64,000 nucleotides of DNA from NCBI GenBank assembly GCA_003574845.1, contig NDHY01000002.1:80317-144316 (forward strand), written 5' to 3'. How positions within the stretch are numbered: the first letter of the stretch is position 1; every line of letters begins with the position of its first letter. The stretch is from a candidate division NPL-UPA2 bacterium Unc8. Its GTDB lineage: Bacteria > NPL-UPA2. Made by a program: the position numbers and the translations under genes. Under the pieces are notes generated by a model, which did not search any database, was not told where the DNA came from, and saw only the letters and a list, made by a program, of their open reading frames with translations. Positions 1 to 14,042 of this stretch are shown here, in pieces.

Positions 1-118
1 TAACAACAACTGTGTCTCCATAGCGGACTACGGTGGCTCCATCAGCAAGTTTTGCCATTCTTCCCGTCTCAATGCTTAGCTTTTTTCCTTCCAATTCCAT
101 CTCTACTTTTTCTACCAT
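1..118 (-). CDS. pnp: Polyribonucleotide nucleotidyltransferase (PNPase), 5' part, runs off the window
   Basis: Manual translation [39 protein letters not shown] matches the PNPase N-terminus; directly follows rpsO. Confidence 0.93.
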   Translation of the reverse strand, partial: MVEKVEMELEGKKLSIETGRMAKLADGATVVRYGDTVVV

Positions 119-139
119 TTTTCTCCTTATTCCTTTTTT

Positions 140-406
140 CTATCTCCTTAATCCTAATTTTTTAACAATTGTCTGGTATCGACCCACATCCTCTTTTTTC
201 AAATAATCAAGCAACTTTCGCCTCTGCCCCACTATCATAAGCAAACCTCGCTTGCCATGATGGTCCTTTTTATGTACCTTGGTGTATGTGGTAAGACCAT
301 TTATTCTTTCCGTGAGAAGCGCAATCTGCACCTCTGCGGAACCAGTATCTTTCTCATGAACTCTAAAATTGCTAATAATCTCTTCTTTCCCTTTCTTACT
401 CATCAT
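140..406 (-). CDS. rpsO: 30S ribosomal protein S15
   Basis: [16 protein letters not shown]...[19 protein letters not shown] motif; start placed at the ATG at 406 (or 403). Confidence 0.97.
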   Translation of the reverse strand: MMSKKGKEEIISNFRVHEKDTGSAEVQIALLTERINGLTTYTKVHKKDHHGKRGLLMIVGQRRKLLDYLKKEDVGRYQTIVKKLGLRR

Positions 407-426
407 TCTTCCCCCTAACAATTCAG

Positions 427-1329
427 TCAACCAGCAAAGAGCTTTCGGGCTACTCTTTCATCTTTCATCAATTGCTTTTTCTCATCGCTGTGAGTGGCAA
501 ATTGCTGCCACCCTCTTATCCTGCGCAGAAAAAAAACTTTTATTTTACTATTATAGATGTCATCTTTAAAATCGAGGGCATGGACCTCCATTAATCCATT
601 TGCCATTCCAAGAATAGCAGGATGAAGCTGTTCTCCTACTTCCATCTGGGCAATGTAAGCTCCCTTTGCCGGTAAAATTTTCCTGCGGATTCTGATATTT
701 GCAGTAGGATAGCCGGTAGCCGCTGCTAATTTTTTCCCTTTTATAACCCTACCGGAAATGCTATATGGTCTACCCAAAAGCTCTCCCGCCTCCTTTACTT
801 TTCCATTTTTAATTAACAAACGTATCCGACTACTGGAAACTATTTCACCCCCCCGGCGAAGCGGTCTGATGCTATTGACCCTGAAGCCCAATTTTTTTCC
901 CATCTGTCGAAGAGTTGCCACATTCCCCTTTTTCCCCTCCCCAAAGAGATAGTTAGAGGCGACAAATATTTCGTTCACCTGAAGGCCACGAGAGAGAATG
1001 TGCAAAATAAAATCAGCAGGAGAAAGGCGGGCAAATCTCCTGTTGAAATTAATGACCATACATTTTTCAATCCCAAGACTGCCAAAGATAGATATTTTCT
1101 CATCCATTAAGGTAATAGGGTGCGGAGAGTTTTGTGGATTGATCAGGCTACATGGATGCGGATCAAAGGTAAGGACCATGCTTGTCCCGTCTATCTGACG
1201 GGCCCGTTCAATTACCATCTTAACAATCTTCTGGTGTCCCAGATGCACACCATCAAAAACACCAATGGCAAGGACTAAATTATTTCCCCTTCCTTCCTTT
1301 ATTCTTTTTAGCCCTTGAATGAGCTTCAT
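427..1329 (-). CDS. ribF: Bifunctional FAD synthetase / riboflavin kinase
   Basis: [23 protein letters not shown] and GYPTAN motifs; conserved truB-ribF-rpsO order. Confidence 0.93.
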   Translation of the reverse strand: MKLIQGLKRIKEGRGNNLVLAIGVFDGVHLGHQKIVKMVIERARQIDGTSMVLTFDPHPCSLINPQNSPHPITLMDEKISIFGSLGIEKCMVINFNRRFARLSPADFILHILSRGLQVNEIFVASNYLFGEGKKGNVATLRQMGKKLGFRVNSIRPLRRGGEIVSSSRIRLLIKNGKVKEAGELLGRPYSISGRVIKGKKLAAATGYPTANIRIRRKILPAKGAYIAQMEVGEQLHPAILGMANGLMEVHALDFKDDIYNSKIKVFFLRRIRGWQQFATHSDEKKQLMKDERVARKLFAG

Positions 1330-2000
1330 TGGTATTTCCAGAGAAGTGCCTCAGGTTGAGAGGCTTGCCACAACTCATCAATAGTCAGCGAATCTTTGAT
1401 GTGAAATCGACCTGCTCTTATTCTGACCAGCTTTGCCTGATGTGCACCACAGCCAAGTACATCGCCCAGATCGGAACAGATGGTGCGAATATATGTCCCT
1501 TTCGAACAAACAATATTAAATCGCACTTCAGGGATTTTAATTTCTATAATTTTAAATGAGAAGATATTGATTTTTCTTGGCTTTCGCTGTACAACTTTAC
1601 CTTGCCTTGCCAGCTCATAGAGCCTCTTCCCATGGTAGCGAACTGCAGAAACCATAGGCGGAATTTGCTCCTGCTCTCCCTCAAATCTCCTGGTCACCTC
1701 TTTAATTTCTTCCTCAGTAACCTTAAGATTGTCTACCTTTTTTATAATAGTACCACTGGAATCCTGGGTATGAGTAGAGATACCTAAAATTAGCACACTC
1801 TCATATTCTTTTTCATCATTTGATAAAAACCGAACCATCTTCGTTGCTTTACCAAGACAGATAACAAGAACCCCGGTAGCATCAGGGTCAAGAGTGCCCG
1901 CATGCCCGACTTTTCTCATCTTAAATCGCTTTCTCACTTCAATGACGACATCATGGGAAGTTATTCCTGCCGGTTTATTAATGTTAAGAATTCCATCCAT
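1326..2000 (-). CDS. truB: tRNA pseudouridine-55 synthase (short form, no C-terminal PUA domain)
   Basis: GHAGTLDPDATGVL and CSKGTYIR motifs. Confidence 0.96.
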   Translation of the reverse strand: MDGILNINKPAGITSHDVVIEVRKRFKMRKVGHAGTLDPDATGVLVICLGKATKMVRFLSNDEKEYESVLILGISTHTQDSSGTIIKKVDNLKVTEEEIKEVTRRFEGEQEQIPPMVSAVRYHGKRLYELARQGKVVQRKPRKINIFSFKIIEIKIPEVRFNIVCSKGTYIRTICSDLGDVLGCGAHQAKLVRIRAGRFHIKDSLTIDELWQASQPEALLWKYQ

Positions 2001-2003
2001 CTC

Positions 2004-2348
2004 TCATCCCTGCTTGTTGATCTGTTTTAAGGCGTCCTCCACACGTGTTCCCTTCTCAATAGAATTATCAATCTTAAAGGTAAGCTTTGGCAAATAACGG
2101 AGATGTAGCTTTTTCCCGATCTTTCTTCTAATGTAATTACTCCCATCGCGAAGCCCGTATATGGTCTCATCTTTTACCTTTTCTTCTAAATAGGTACTGA
2201 CAAAAATAGTGGCACACCGCAGGTCACTACTTACTTCCACAGCAGTAATTGTTACAAACCCAATTCGCGAATCAACTACTTTTTCCTCAAGAACCCTGGA
2301 GACCTCCTCCTTTATCACCGCAGCAACCCGCTCTGTCCTTCTTGACAT
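2004..2348 (-). CDS. rbfA: Ribosome-binding factor A
   Basis: RTERVA...VTITAVEVSSDL...LRYLPKLTF..DNSIE; position after infB. Confidence 0.95.
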   Translation of the reverse strand: MSRRTERVAAVIKEEVSRVLEEKVVDSRIGFVTITAVEVSSDLRCATIFVSTYLEEKVKDETIYGLRDGSNYIRRKIGKKLHLRYLPKLTFKIDNSIEKGTRVEDALKQINKQG

Positions 2349-2372
2349 TCAGTCGTTTCACTCCATTTGTAA

Positions 2373-2410
2373 CAGTTCACAGGGGTCAGGGAACTGATCC
2401 CCGCGAACTG
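2373..2410 (-). repeat. 17-bp intergenic hairpin between infB and rbfA
   Basis: cagttcacaggggtcag-ggaa-ctgatccccgcgaactg; pairs best on the mRNA (minus) strand using G-U wobble. Confidence 0.7.
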
Positions 2411-2411
2411 C

Positions 2412-4151
2412 TTATCGGAGCCTTCTTACACTTTCTTCCATATGATATGCTTCAACAATATCCCCATCTGCAAGATTTTCTATGCCAGAAATTCCAATGC
2501 CGCATTCATAATCAGATTCTACTTCCCTGACATCTTCTTTGAAACGTTTTAAGGAATTAATACCTCCCTCACCTATAGACTTGCCATTCCGCAGCAGAGT
2601 AATTTTTGAGCCCCTTACAATCTTTCCACTAATAACATAGGAGCCGGCTATCTGACCGCTTCGTGAGCTCTGAAATATCTGGCGCACCTCAGCTCTGCCA
2701 AGAATTACTCGCCTATAAACAGGCTCAAGAAGTCCTTCCAGTGCACTCTTGATATCTGATATCACCTCATAGATAATGTCATAAAAGTACAAACTAACGC
2801 CTTCCTTATCAGCCAATTCTCTTGCTCCCACCTGTGCCTTTACATGGAATCCAACAATAATAGCACCTGACGCTATAGCCAGCATAACATCAGATTCGCT
2901 TATTATGCCAACTCCGGCATGAATAACCTTTAGCTTTACATTATCAGTGCTTAATTGTTCAAGTGAATGTTGCAGCGCCTCTACGGAGCCATTCACATCC
3001 CCCTTAATAATAATTGGAAATTCTTTTATCTTTCCTTCACTAATCTGCTGGTAAAGCTCATTTAGGGTAATCTTTTTCATACCCCTACCCTTCTTCTTCT
3101 CCTCCACAAATCTTCGCTGAGAGACAACCTCCTTAATCTTTTTCTCATTGCTGACAACATGGAAGGAATCTCCTGGAGCAGGAAGCTCAATAAAGCCCAA
3201 AACCTCAACCGGCGTGGACGGAGCAGCTTCCTTCAAATTTACACCTTGGTCATCTATCAGTGCCCTTACTTTTCCACCACAAAAACCACAGATAAAATCA
3301 TTTCCAACCCTGAGTGTTCCATCTTTAACAAGAAGAGTGGCCACCGGCCCCCTTCCTTTGTCCAGCCTTGCTTCTACAATTACTCCATTTGCCAAACGAA
3401 CTGGATTTGCCCGCAGTTCCAGCATCTCAGCTTCAAGAAAAAGAGCATCTAAAAGATGATCAATTCCTATTTTTTCAATTGCGGAAACTTCAATACAGAT
3501 AACCTTGCCACCCAACTCCTCAACGAGGATATCATGCTTCATTAACTCCCTTTTCACTCGTAAGGGATTGGCATCAGGCTTATCAGTCTTGTTAATTGCC
3601 ACAATAACAGGAACATTAGCAGCACGAGAATGATTTATTGCTTCCACCGTCTGCGGCATAACTCCATCGTCAGCAGCAACAACTAAGACAACAATATCTG
3701 TAATCTGTGCTCCACGAGCACGCATGGCGGTGAACGCCTCATGGCCAGGAGTATCAATGAATGCAATCTCCCCGGCGGGTAGCTTAATCTTATAGGCACC
3801 AATATGCTGAGTGATACTTCCTGCCTCTGACCGAACAACCCACGTATGTCGGATTGCGTCAAGAAGCGTTGTTTTTCCATGATCAACATGCCCCATAACA
3901 GTTACTATGGGAGCACGTATGGTGAGCGAAGATTCATCATCGTCAGAAAGCACCTTTGCTTTATAAACAAGTGATTTTCTCTCTTCTTTTTCTTTCTCAG
4001 TAATAGATTCGGAAATAATTTCAGCATCAGTCTCATCCAGAGCACTGATTGAGCTTTTTTTCCCTACGCCCATCTCCTCAAGCTTAGTTATTATTTTTTT
4101 GCTATCCACGCCAAGCTTCTTCGCCAGCTCATATATCCTTATTCTTGCCAT
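2412..4151 (-). CDS. infB: Translation initiation factor IF-2 (compact, 579 aa)
   Basis: [24 protein letters not shown] and [12 protein letters not shown] motifs. Confidence 0.98.
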   Translation of the reverse strand: MARIRIYELAKKLGVDSKKIITKLEEMGVGKKSSISALDETDAEIISESITEKEKEERKSLVYKAKVLSDDDESSLTIRAPIVTVMGHVDHGKTTLLDAIRHTWVVRSEAGSITQHIGAYKIKLPAGEIAFIDTPGHEAFTAMRARGAQITDIVVLVVAADDGVMPQTVEAINHSRAANVPVIVAINKTDKPDANPLRVKRELMKHDILVEELGGKVICIEVSAIEKIGIDHLLDALFLEAEMLELRANPVRLANGVIVEARLDKGRGPVATLLVKDGTLRVGNDFICGFCGGKVRALIDDQGVNLKEAAPSTPVEVLGFIELPAPGDSFHVVSNEKKIKEVVSQRRFVEEKKKGRGMKKITLNELYQQISEGKIKEFPIIIKGDVNGSVEALQHSLEQLSTDNVKLKVIHAGVGIISESDVMLAIASGAIIVGFHVKAQVGARELADKEGVSLYFYDIIYEVISDIKSALEGLLEPVYRRVILGRAEVRQIFQSSRSGQIAGSYVISGKIVRGSKITLLRNGKSIGEGGINSLKRFKEDVREVESDYECGIGISGIENLADGDIVEAYHMEESVRRLR

Positions 4152-4154
4152 CTC

Positions 4155-5312
4155 TTAAACTACTTTCTCCGCTGCTTTTTTAAGGGCATCGGCCTTACTT
4201 TTTCCTATCCCCGCGATACTGGTCAACCTTTTAATATCAGCAGTTGCAATCTCTTCTAACTCTCTCAACCCTGCTTCAATTAGATTTTCAGCAAGCCTCT
4301 CTCCCACACCAGACAACTTCGTCAATTTGTCAATAGCTACTCTTCTTGCCTTAATTACTTCAGTTTCTCCCTCAATACTTATCTTCCAGCCCGTCAGCTC
4401 CACTGCCAGGCGAACATTTTGCCCCCCCTTGCCAATTGCCAGAGAAAGTTCTTCATCAGAAACTATTATGTTCGCCGCTTTCCTTTTTTCATTTACTTCT
4501 ATCTTCATAATCTTCGCTGGACGCAGAGCATTAGCAATAAAATTTTCTATTTTTTCATCCCAGTGAATGATATCTACCTTTTCTCCGTTCAACTGCTGCA
4601 TAATTGCCTTCACCCTCATTCCCCTTGCCCCAACACATGCTCCAACAGGGTCCACGTTTGCCAAAGTGCTACCAACAGCAACCTTGGAACGGCTTCCAGG
4701 CTCACGGGCAATAGATTTTATTTCCACAATTCCCTCATGAATCTCCGGAACCTCAAGCTCAAATAACCCTCTTACCATTCCAGGGTTAGAGCGAGAGAGA
4801 ATAATTTGGGGGTAGGAACCACTTTTTTTTACTTCAAGAACATAGGCGGTTATTCTCTCCCCAACACGGAATCTTTCCCCTGCAGGGCGTTCCTGAGAGT
4901 GGACGATAGCTTCCCTTTCTCCTATCATAACTATCACGTCTCCGCGCTCAAATCTTTCAACAACACCTGTGATAATTCCTCCGACCTTTTCCTTGAATTC
5001 ATTATAAATGCTGTCTCTTTCTGCCTCGTTTAACCTCTGAGAAATAACCTGCCTGGCGATTTGGGCAGCAATGCGACCAAAGTTACCAAGAGCAACTTCC
5101 TTCTTTTCAGAGAAAACCTTTATTTCTCCACTAACTCTGTCAATAGAAACCTCTATGTCAGATAGAGAAGCAAAGCTCTTTCTTGAGGCAGAAAGGATTG
5201 CTTCTTCTAACACTTTTAGTAGAACTTCACGATCCAAACCTCTCTTTCTTCCCAAGCCATCAAGAATTGATAATAAATCTTGTTTCAAGATATTCCTCTT
5301 ACTACTTACCAC
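4155..5312 (-). CDS. nusA: Transcription termination/antitermination factor NusA with C-terminal HhH domain
   Basis: FGRIAAQ.ARQ, AREPGSRSK, GACVG and LAIGKGGQN motifs; start codon uncertain. Confidence 0.96.
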   Translation of the reverse strand: MVSSKRNILKQDLLSILDGLGRKRGLDREVLLKVLEEAILSASRKSFASLSDIEVSIDRVSGEIKVFSEKKEVALGNFGRIAAQIARQVISQRLNEAERDSIYNEFKEKVGGIITGVVERFERGDVIVMIGEREAIVHSQERPAGERFRVGERITAYVLEVKKSGSYPQIILSRSNPGMVRGLFELEVPEIHEGIVEIKSIAREPGSRSKVAVGSTLANVDPVGACVGARGMRVKAIMQQLNGEKVDIIHWDEKIENFIANALRPAKIMKIEVNEKRKAANIIVSDEELSLAIGKGGQNVRLAVELTGWKISIEGETEVIKARRVAIDKLTKLSGVGERLAENLIEAGLRELEEIATADIKRLTSIAGIGKSKADALKKAAEKVV

Positions 5313-5361
5313 CTACCACCTACTATTTTTGCATTTTGAAATTCCTATACCTTAAAAAAGG

Positions 5362-5390
5362 ATTATAGCACTTTGTTGAATATCTGACAA
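5362..5390 (-). promoter_or_regulatory. Sigma70-type promoter for the nusA operon
   Basis: Minus strand TTGTCA-N17-TATAAT with an extended -10 TG. Confidence 0.7.
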
Positions 5391-5469
5391 GAAAATTCAG
5401 AAGTAAGAGAAAAAGCAGGAGAAAAACACCGAACTGGTAAAAGCAGAGAAAAAGGCAGAATGAAAAAAA

Positions 5470-5586
5470 TCCCGGCAGTGCCTTACTCTCCCGCCCCGTC
5501 TCCAGGACAGTACCATCAGCGCTAGAGGGCTTAACTTCTCTGTTCGGAATGGAAGAGGTGTGGCCCCTCCGCTATTGCCACCGGGA
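5470..5586 (-). rRNA. rrf: 5S rRNA
   Basis: Terminal stem UCCCGG/CCGGGA, CCGAAC loop, GAUGGUAC...GAGAGUA; follows the 23S gene. Confidence 0.96.
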
Positions 5587-5651
5587 TATTCTTCAACTCT
5601 AATAAATTCCCTAAAAAGGCCAACTGCACAAGGCAAAAGATCCTAACGCTA

Positions 5652-8733
<3,082 letters not shown>

Positions 8734-8851
8734 TCAGCAAAGATATCACTTTTACCTTATGCAGTTGTCAAAGAACAAATTGTCACACAGGACAAGCTAT
8801 CCCGTCCTCTACAAGAGGGCAAGATACAAAAATCAAATTGCAAATTTTTTG

Positions 8852-8924
8852 TGGAGATGAGCGGCCTCGAACCGCTGACCTTCGGCTTGCAAAGCCGACG
8901 CTCTCCCAACTGAGCTACATCCCC
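8852..8924 (-). tRNA. tRNA-Ala(TGC), CCA not encoded
   Basis: GGGGATGTAGCTCAG...TTGCAA...TTCGAG...CATCTCCA cloverleaf in the 16S-23S spacer. Confidence 0.96.
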
Positions 8925-9042
8925 TCCTTAAAAAACAAATCCGAAACTCCCTGCCTGCGGCAGGTAAATCCAAAAAAAAACATCAAAAAATCTTTTCGTA
9001 TTTCAATATTCGAGCTTTGAATTTCCCCGCTTCAACGGGGCG

Positions 9043-9119
9043 TGGTGGGCCTAGATGGAATTGAACCATCCACCTCACGCTTATCAGGCGTGCGCTCTAG
9101 CCAACTGAGCTATAGGCCC
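9043..9119 (-). tRNA. tRNA-Ile(GAT)
   Basis: GGGCCTATAGCTCAG...CTGATAA...TAGGCCCACCA cloverleaf in the spacer. Confidence 0.97.
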
Positions 9120-9210
9120 CGACTAAGTAATACTTTAGCCCTACCTACTATTTACTACCCACTCTTTTTGCATTTTGAACAGGGTGCACTACCCGTAATT
9201 TTTCTCCTTG

Positions 9211-10796
<1,586 letters not shown>

Positions 10797-10876
10797 CACT
10801 CATAAACTCACATTGACGGGTAATACACCCTGTTCAATTTCCAAAGAACACTTAAATACTTTCTACTTCTAAATGA

Positions 10877-10905
10877 AGTGTACCACTTGTATTATTTCCT
10901 GTCAA
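10877..10905 (-). promoter_or_regulatory. rrn promoter
   Basis: TTGACA-N17-TACACT on the minus strand; boxA-like TGTTCTTTG at about 10842-10850 and again in the spacer at about 8769-8777. Confidence 0.8.
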
Positions 10906-10913
10906 GCTTTTTT

Positions 10914-12212
10914 TTATGCTGCTTTTTCTATCGCTTTGTAGGTAAGCTCAATGGACTCGCTTCCTACATCTCCTCCTGCGCCAGGAGCAGCAATAGAGTC
11001 TCCAACCAAAAATAGATTTTTAATTCCTGGCACTTCTGAAGTAGGCCGCGCCTCAATTGTCTGCTCAGTATTTACCTGCACCCCATCTATCACCCTTAGC
11101 TTTGACACTCTTCTCCATTCAATGTACTTTTCAATATCAGGGAAATACATCCTTATCGCTTTCCACAGCTCATTCTCCCTCTTGCCGGCAGCGGCAGAAT
11201 CCTCCATATCCTCCAATGTTGTTGGGAAAAACCAGGTCAGAAGCTGCTTGCCTTGCGGAGCAACAGAAGTCTCAAGATTTGAAGTTATTAATCCAAAAGT
11301 CTTTGGGTCATAGGTATAAAGCAAGCCGCTTAAGTCACTAATATGTTCTTTAAGTCCGATATCAATGAAAACTCCAGAGGTTGGAAGCAAATTCTTGCAC
11401 ATTTTCATATACTCTGACTCAAAGAGGTCTTCCGACAGGACGGAAAACATCTCCTGGGCAGGTATATTAATAATCACACTCTTGGCATTATATGTAGTTT
11501 TACCTACCTTGACTCCGACAGCCCTTCTTTTTTCAATTATAACTGAATCAACGCTGGAGTCCGACTTTATTTCCCCATTGCGCGCGATTGTTCTGGTGAT
11601 TATCTCATAAATAGGCTTCCATCCTCCTTTAGGATACTCCGCTGAATGACCCAGCCTTGCAACCTTCTCCATATTATGAAGCATCTCACCAACAGAGACC
11701 TTCTCAATGAATGGGCAGACCATCATAGAGGCAGATACAAGATGAAAATACCGACCAAGCCCGCCACTTATTTTCATTTCCTCCAGCCACTCTCTGAGGC
11801 TCTTTCCCATATAATCATCAAAGTTAATTTTCCCTTTTTTTATTTTCAACATCACCTTTATTGCGCTCAATTTTTCTTTGAAAGAAAAAAGGTTTGTTTT
11901 TACAAAATCCACAGGTTTAGTTGGAAATATTTTTCTTTCGCCATCCTGGTCAACAACAAAAGATTTTCCTAATTTCACAAACTCTATTTTCTCCCCAATA
12001 TGATTCATAACCTTTGCCAGAGAGCTATGAGGACCAAAGCGAACGAGGTGAACCCCATAATCAACGATAAATCCGTCCTTTTCCCACAGGAACGCCCGTC
12101 CACCAATGCGCGGAGCTTTCTCAAGGATTAACACCTTCTTTCCATCATGAGCAAGCATTGTCCCCAAAAGCAATCCATTAATTCCGGACCCAACAATAAT
12201 ATGGTCATACAT
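10914..12212 (-). CDS. FAD-dependent oxidoreductase, phytoene dehydrogenase/amine oxidase family
   Basis: N-terminal GSGING..LE....IGGR Rossmann motif, YPKGG, C-terminal NLFLVGD. Confidence 0.8.
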   Translation of the reverse strand: MYDHIIVGSGINGLLLGTMLAHDGKKVLILEKAPRIGGRAFLWEKDGFIVDYGVHLVRFGPHSSLAKVMNHIGEKIEFVKLGKSFVVDQDGERKIFPTKPVDFVKTNLFSFKEKLSAIKVMLKIKKGKINFDDYMGKSLREWLEEMKISGGLGRYFHLVSASMMVCPFIEKVSVGEMLHNMEKVARLGHSAEYPKGGWKPIYEIITRTIARNGEIKSDSSVDSVIIEKRRAVGVKVGKTTYNAKSVIINIPAQEMFSVLSEDLFESEYMKMCKNLLPTSGVFIDIGLKEHISDLSGLLYTYDPKTFGLITSNLETSVAPQGKQLLTWFFPTTLEDMEDSAAAGKRENELWKAIRMYFPDIEKYIEWRRVSKLRVIDGVQVNTEQTIEARPTSEVPGIKNLFLVGDSIAAPGAGGDVGSESIELTYKAIEKAA

Positions 12213-12240
12213 TCCTTATCCTCCTTATATGTGCCATTCA

Positions 12241-13113
12241 TTAACCCCTTAAGCGCTCAAGTGCTTCCTCTGCCCGTTCTTTTGCTTCTATACCCCACCA
12301 CCGGTAACGTTCCTGCAGTGGCAGCTCAATTACCTTCTGCCAATACTCAATGGCTTTATCATTTTTTCCCATCTTCTCATAAGTCATTGCAATATCTTCA
12401 TAATTATTAAGAAATCCCGGGTCAAGCTCAACTGCTCTTCTGAGATATCTCAGCGCTTTGCGAGAGCTCCCCCCTACAAACCAGGGAGTATCTCTGAGTC
12501 TCCTTCCGCGGACCGCATACATCAATGAACGAGGAGGATAATCAGGCCCATAAAACTTCTCACTCAACCTCATAGCAGTCACAACGTGCCGATCAAAGCC
12601 TATTAATTCAAAGAGGCTTTCAAGTATGCCAACATGAAGAGCTCTCGCGCCCATCGCACCTCCAATGTAAGCATGAGCAAATGGCAGATACCTATCCTCC
12701 AGCCCGAGCTCAATCGCTCTACCCAAGACTTTCACTGCTTCATCAGTGTGATAAAGTATACCTTCTTCAAGCTCAAGCATAAGGTATCTATCTACAAGTA
12801 TAAAGTGCACTATGCCAATCTGGTAGAGTAACATAGTCGTTTCGCCTTCTTCAGCAAGGGTTTTCTTTCTTTCCTCAAGTAGTTCCTTAAGAGCAGGGAT
12901 ATCTCCTGTGCTGCTGGCATGTAGAAATCTCTCTGTGAATTCATCTTGAAGAGGAATGCCGGTCATCGGGTCAACCTCATCAAGACAGATGCCAATCTCT
13001 GGATCAACTTCTCCACATCTTGCGTAACTCTCTGCAACAGCAGAAATGCCCATTAAAAGAACCAATAAAGCCACTATTGCTTTCATTGTCATTCCCTCCA
13101 TTTTCTTAAACAA
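12241..13113 (-). CDS. Secreted tetratricopeptide-repeat protein
   Basis: Signal peptide (MKAIVALLVLL...AVA); TPR-like C-terminus ALRYLRRAVELDP...AIEYWQKVI. Confidence 0.7.
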   Translation of the reverse strand: MFKKMEGMTMKAIVALLVLLMGISAVAESYARCGEVDPEIGICLDEVDPMTGIPLQDEFTERFLHASSTGDIPALKELLEERKKTLAEEGETTMLLYQIGIVHFILVDRYLMLELEEGILYHTDEAVKVLGRAIELGLEDRYLPFAHAYIGGAMGARALHVGILESLFELIGFDRHVVTAMRLSEKFYGPDYPPRSLMYAVRGRRLRDTPWFVGGSSRKALRYLRRAVELDPGFLNNYEDIAMTYEKMGKNDKAIEYWQKVIELPLQERYRWWGIEAKERAEEALERLRG

Positions 13114-13379
13114 GACATCCTTGCTTTCGCTAATAGACTATAACCTATCAGTCTGCTTTACTATCTACTTCTACGGATGTCTTTCTTTTCTTGGGTTTCA
13201 AAGTACTAAAAGTATTTTACATTGTTTCGGCCGCGGTTGTCAATTAAAAAATGGTTTTCACGCTCGGAGCTTGACAGAATTTGATTTTCCCTGTATTAGC
13301 CTTTCCTATGAAAGGTATCCAGTTCTCTTGCAGGGAGCGGAGTAGCTTGAAAGCATGGGAATCCGACCAGTGAGAAGAG

Positions 13380-14018
13380 ATGACTTACAATAGTAAATTT
13401 AGACACATTCTGAATGAACTGCGACACCATGCGCCATTTACAGCACTCAGCGCTTGTATAGCAATAGCCCTGTTGCACATTTACACGAGAGTAATTTTAG
13501 CAAATAATGGACAAATGGCTGAATTTGCCTGGAGATGGTTTCATATATTTCACCCTGTCCATATTTTCTTATCCGCTGTGGCTACAACGGCTATGTTCTA
13601 CAGGCATGAAAAAAAGTTATTTAAGGCAATAATTATAGGGCTGGCAGGGTCACTCGTAATCTGCGCTATCAGCGATGTGTTCTTTCCATTTCTGGGTGGA
13701 ATTATCTTCGGCATTGAGTTAAATTTTCATCTATGCCTCATTAAGCACTCTGAGGTCATCTTGCCTTTTGCGGTCTTTGGTATTTTTCTGGGATTAATAC
13801 TGTCATGGAAAACTTATGGGAGAATCCAGACAATATTTCCCCACAGCTTGCATGTTCTCATAAGCACAATGGCGACAATGCTATATCTTGCCGCATTCGG
13901 ACTTACAATGCCTCACATTGCAGGAATATTTCTCATCGTATTCCTGGGAGTTATAATTCCCTGTTGCTCAAGCGATATAGCACTCCCACTCCTTTTTAAC
14001 AAAAATATTGATATTTAA
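13380..14018 (+). CDS. His/Cys-rich multi-pass membrane protein (possible metal transporter)
   Basis: About 6 hydrophobic helices with HH, FHIFHPVH, PHSLH and PCCSSD motifs. Confidence 0.6.
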   Translation: MTYNSKFRHILNELRHHAPFTALSACIAIALLHIYTRVILANNGQMAEFAWRWFHIFHPVHIFLSAVATTAMFYRHEKKLFKAIIIGLAGSLVICAISDVFFPFLGGIIFGIELNFHLCLIKHSEVILPFAVFGIFLGLILSWKTYGRIQTIFPHSLHVLISTMATMLYLAAFGLTMPHIAGIFLIVFLGVIIPCCSSDIALPLLFNKNIDI

Positions 14019-14042
14019 TCCAAATTCTATTAGCGAGAAGTG

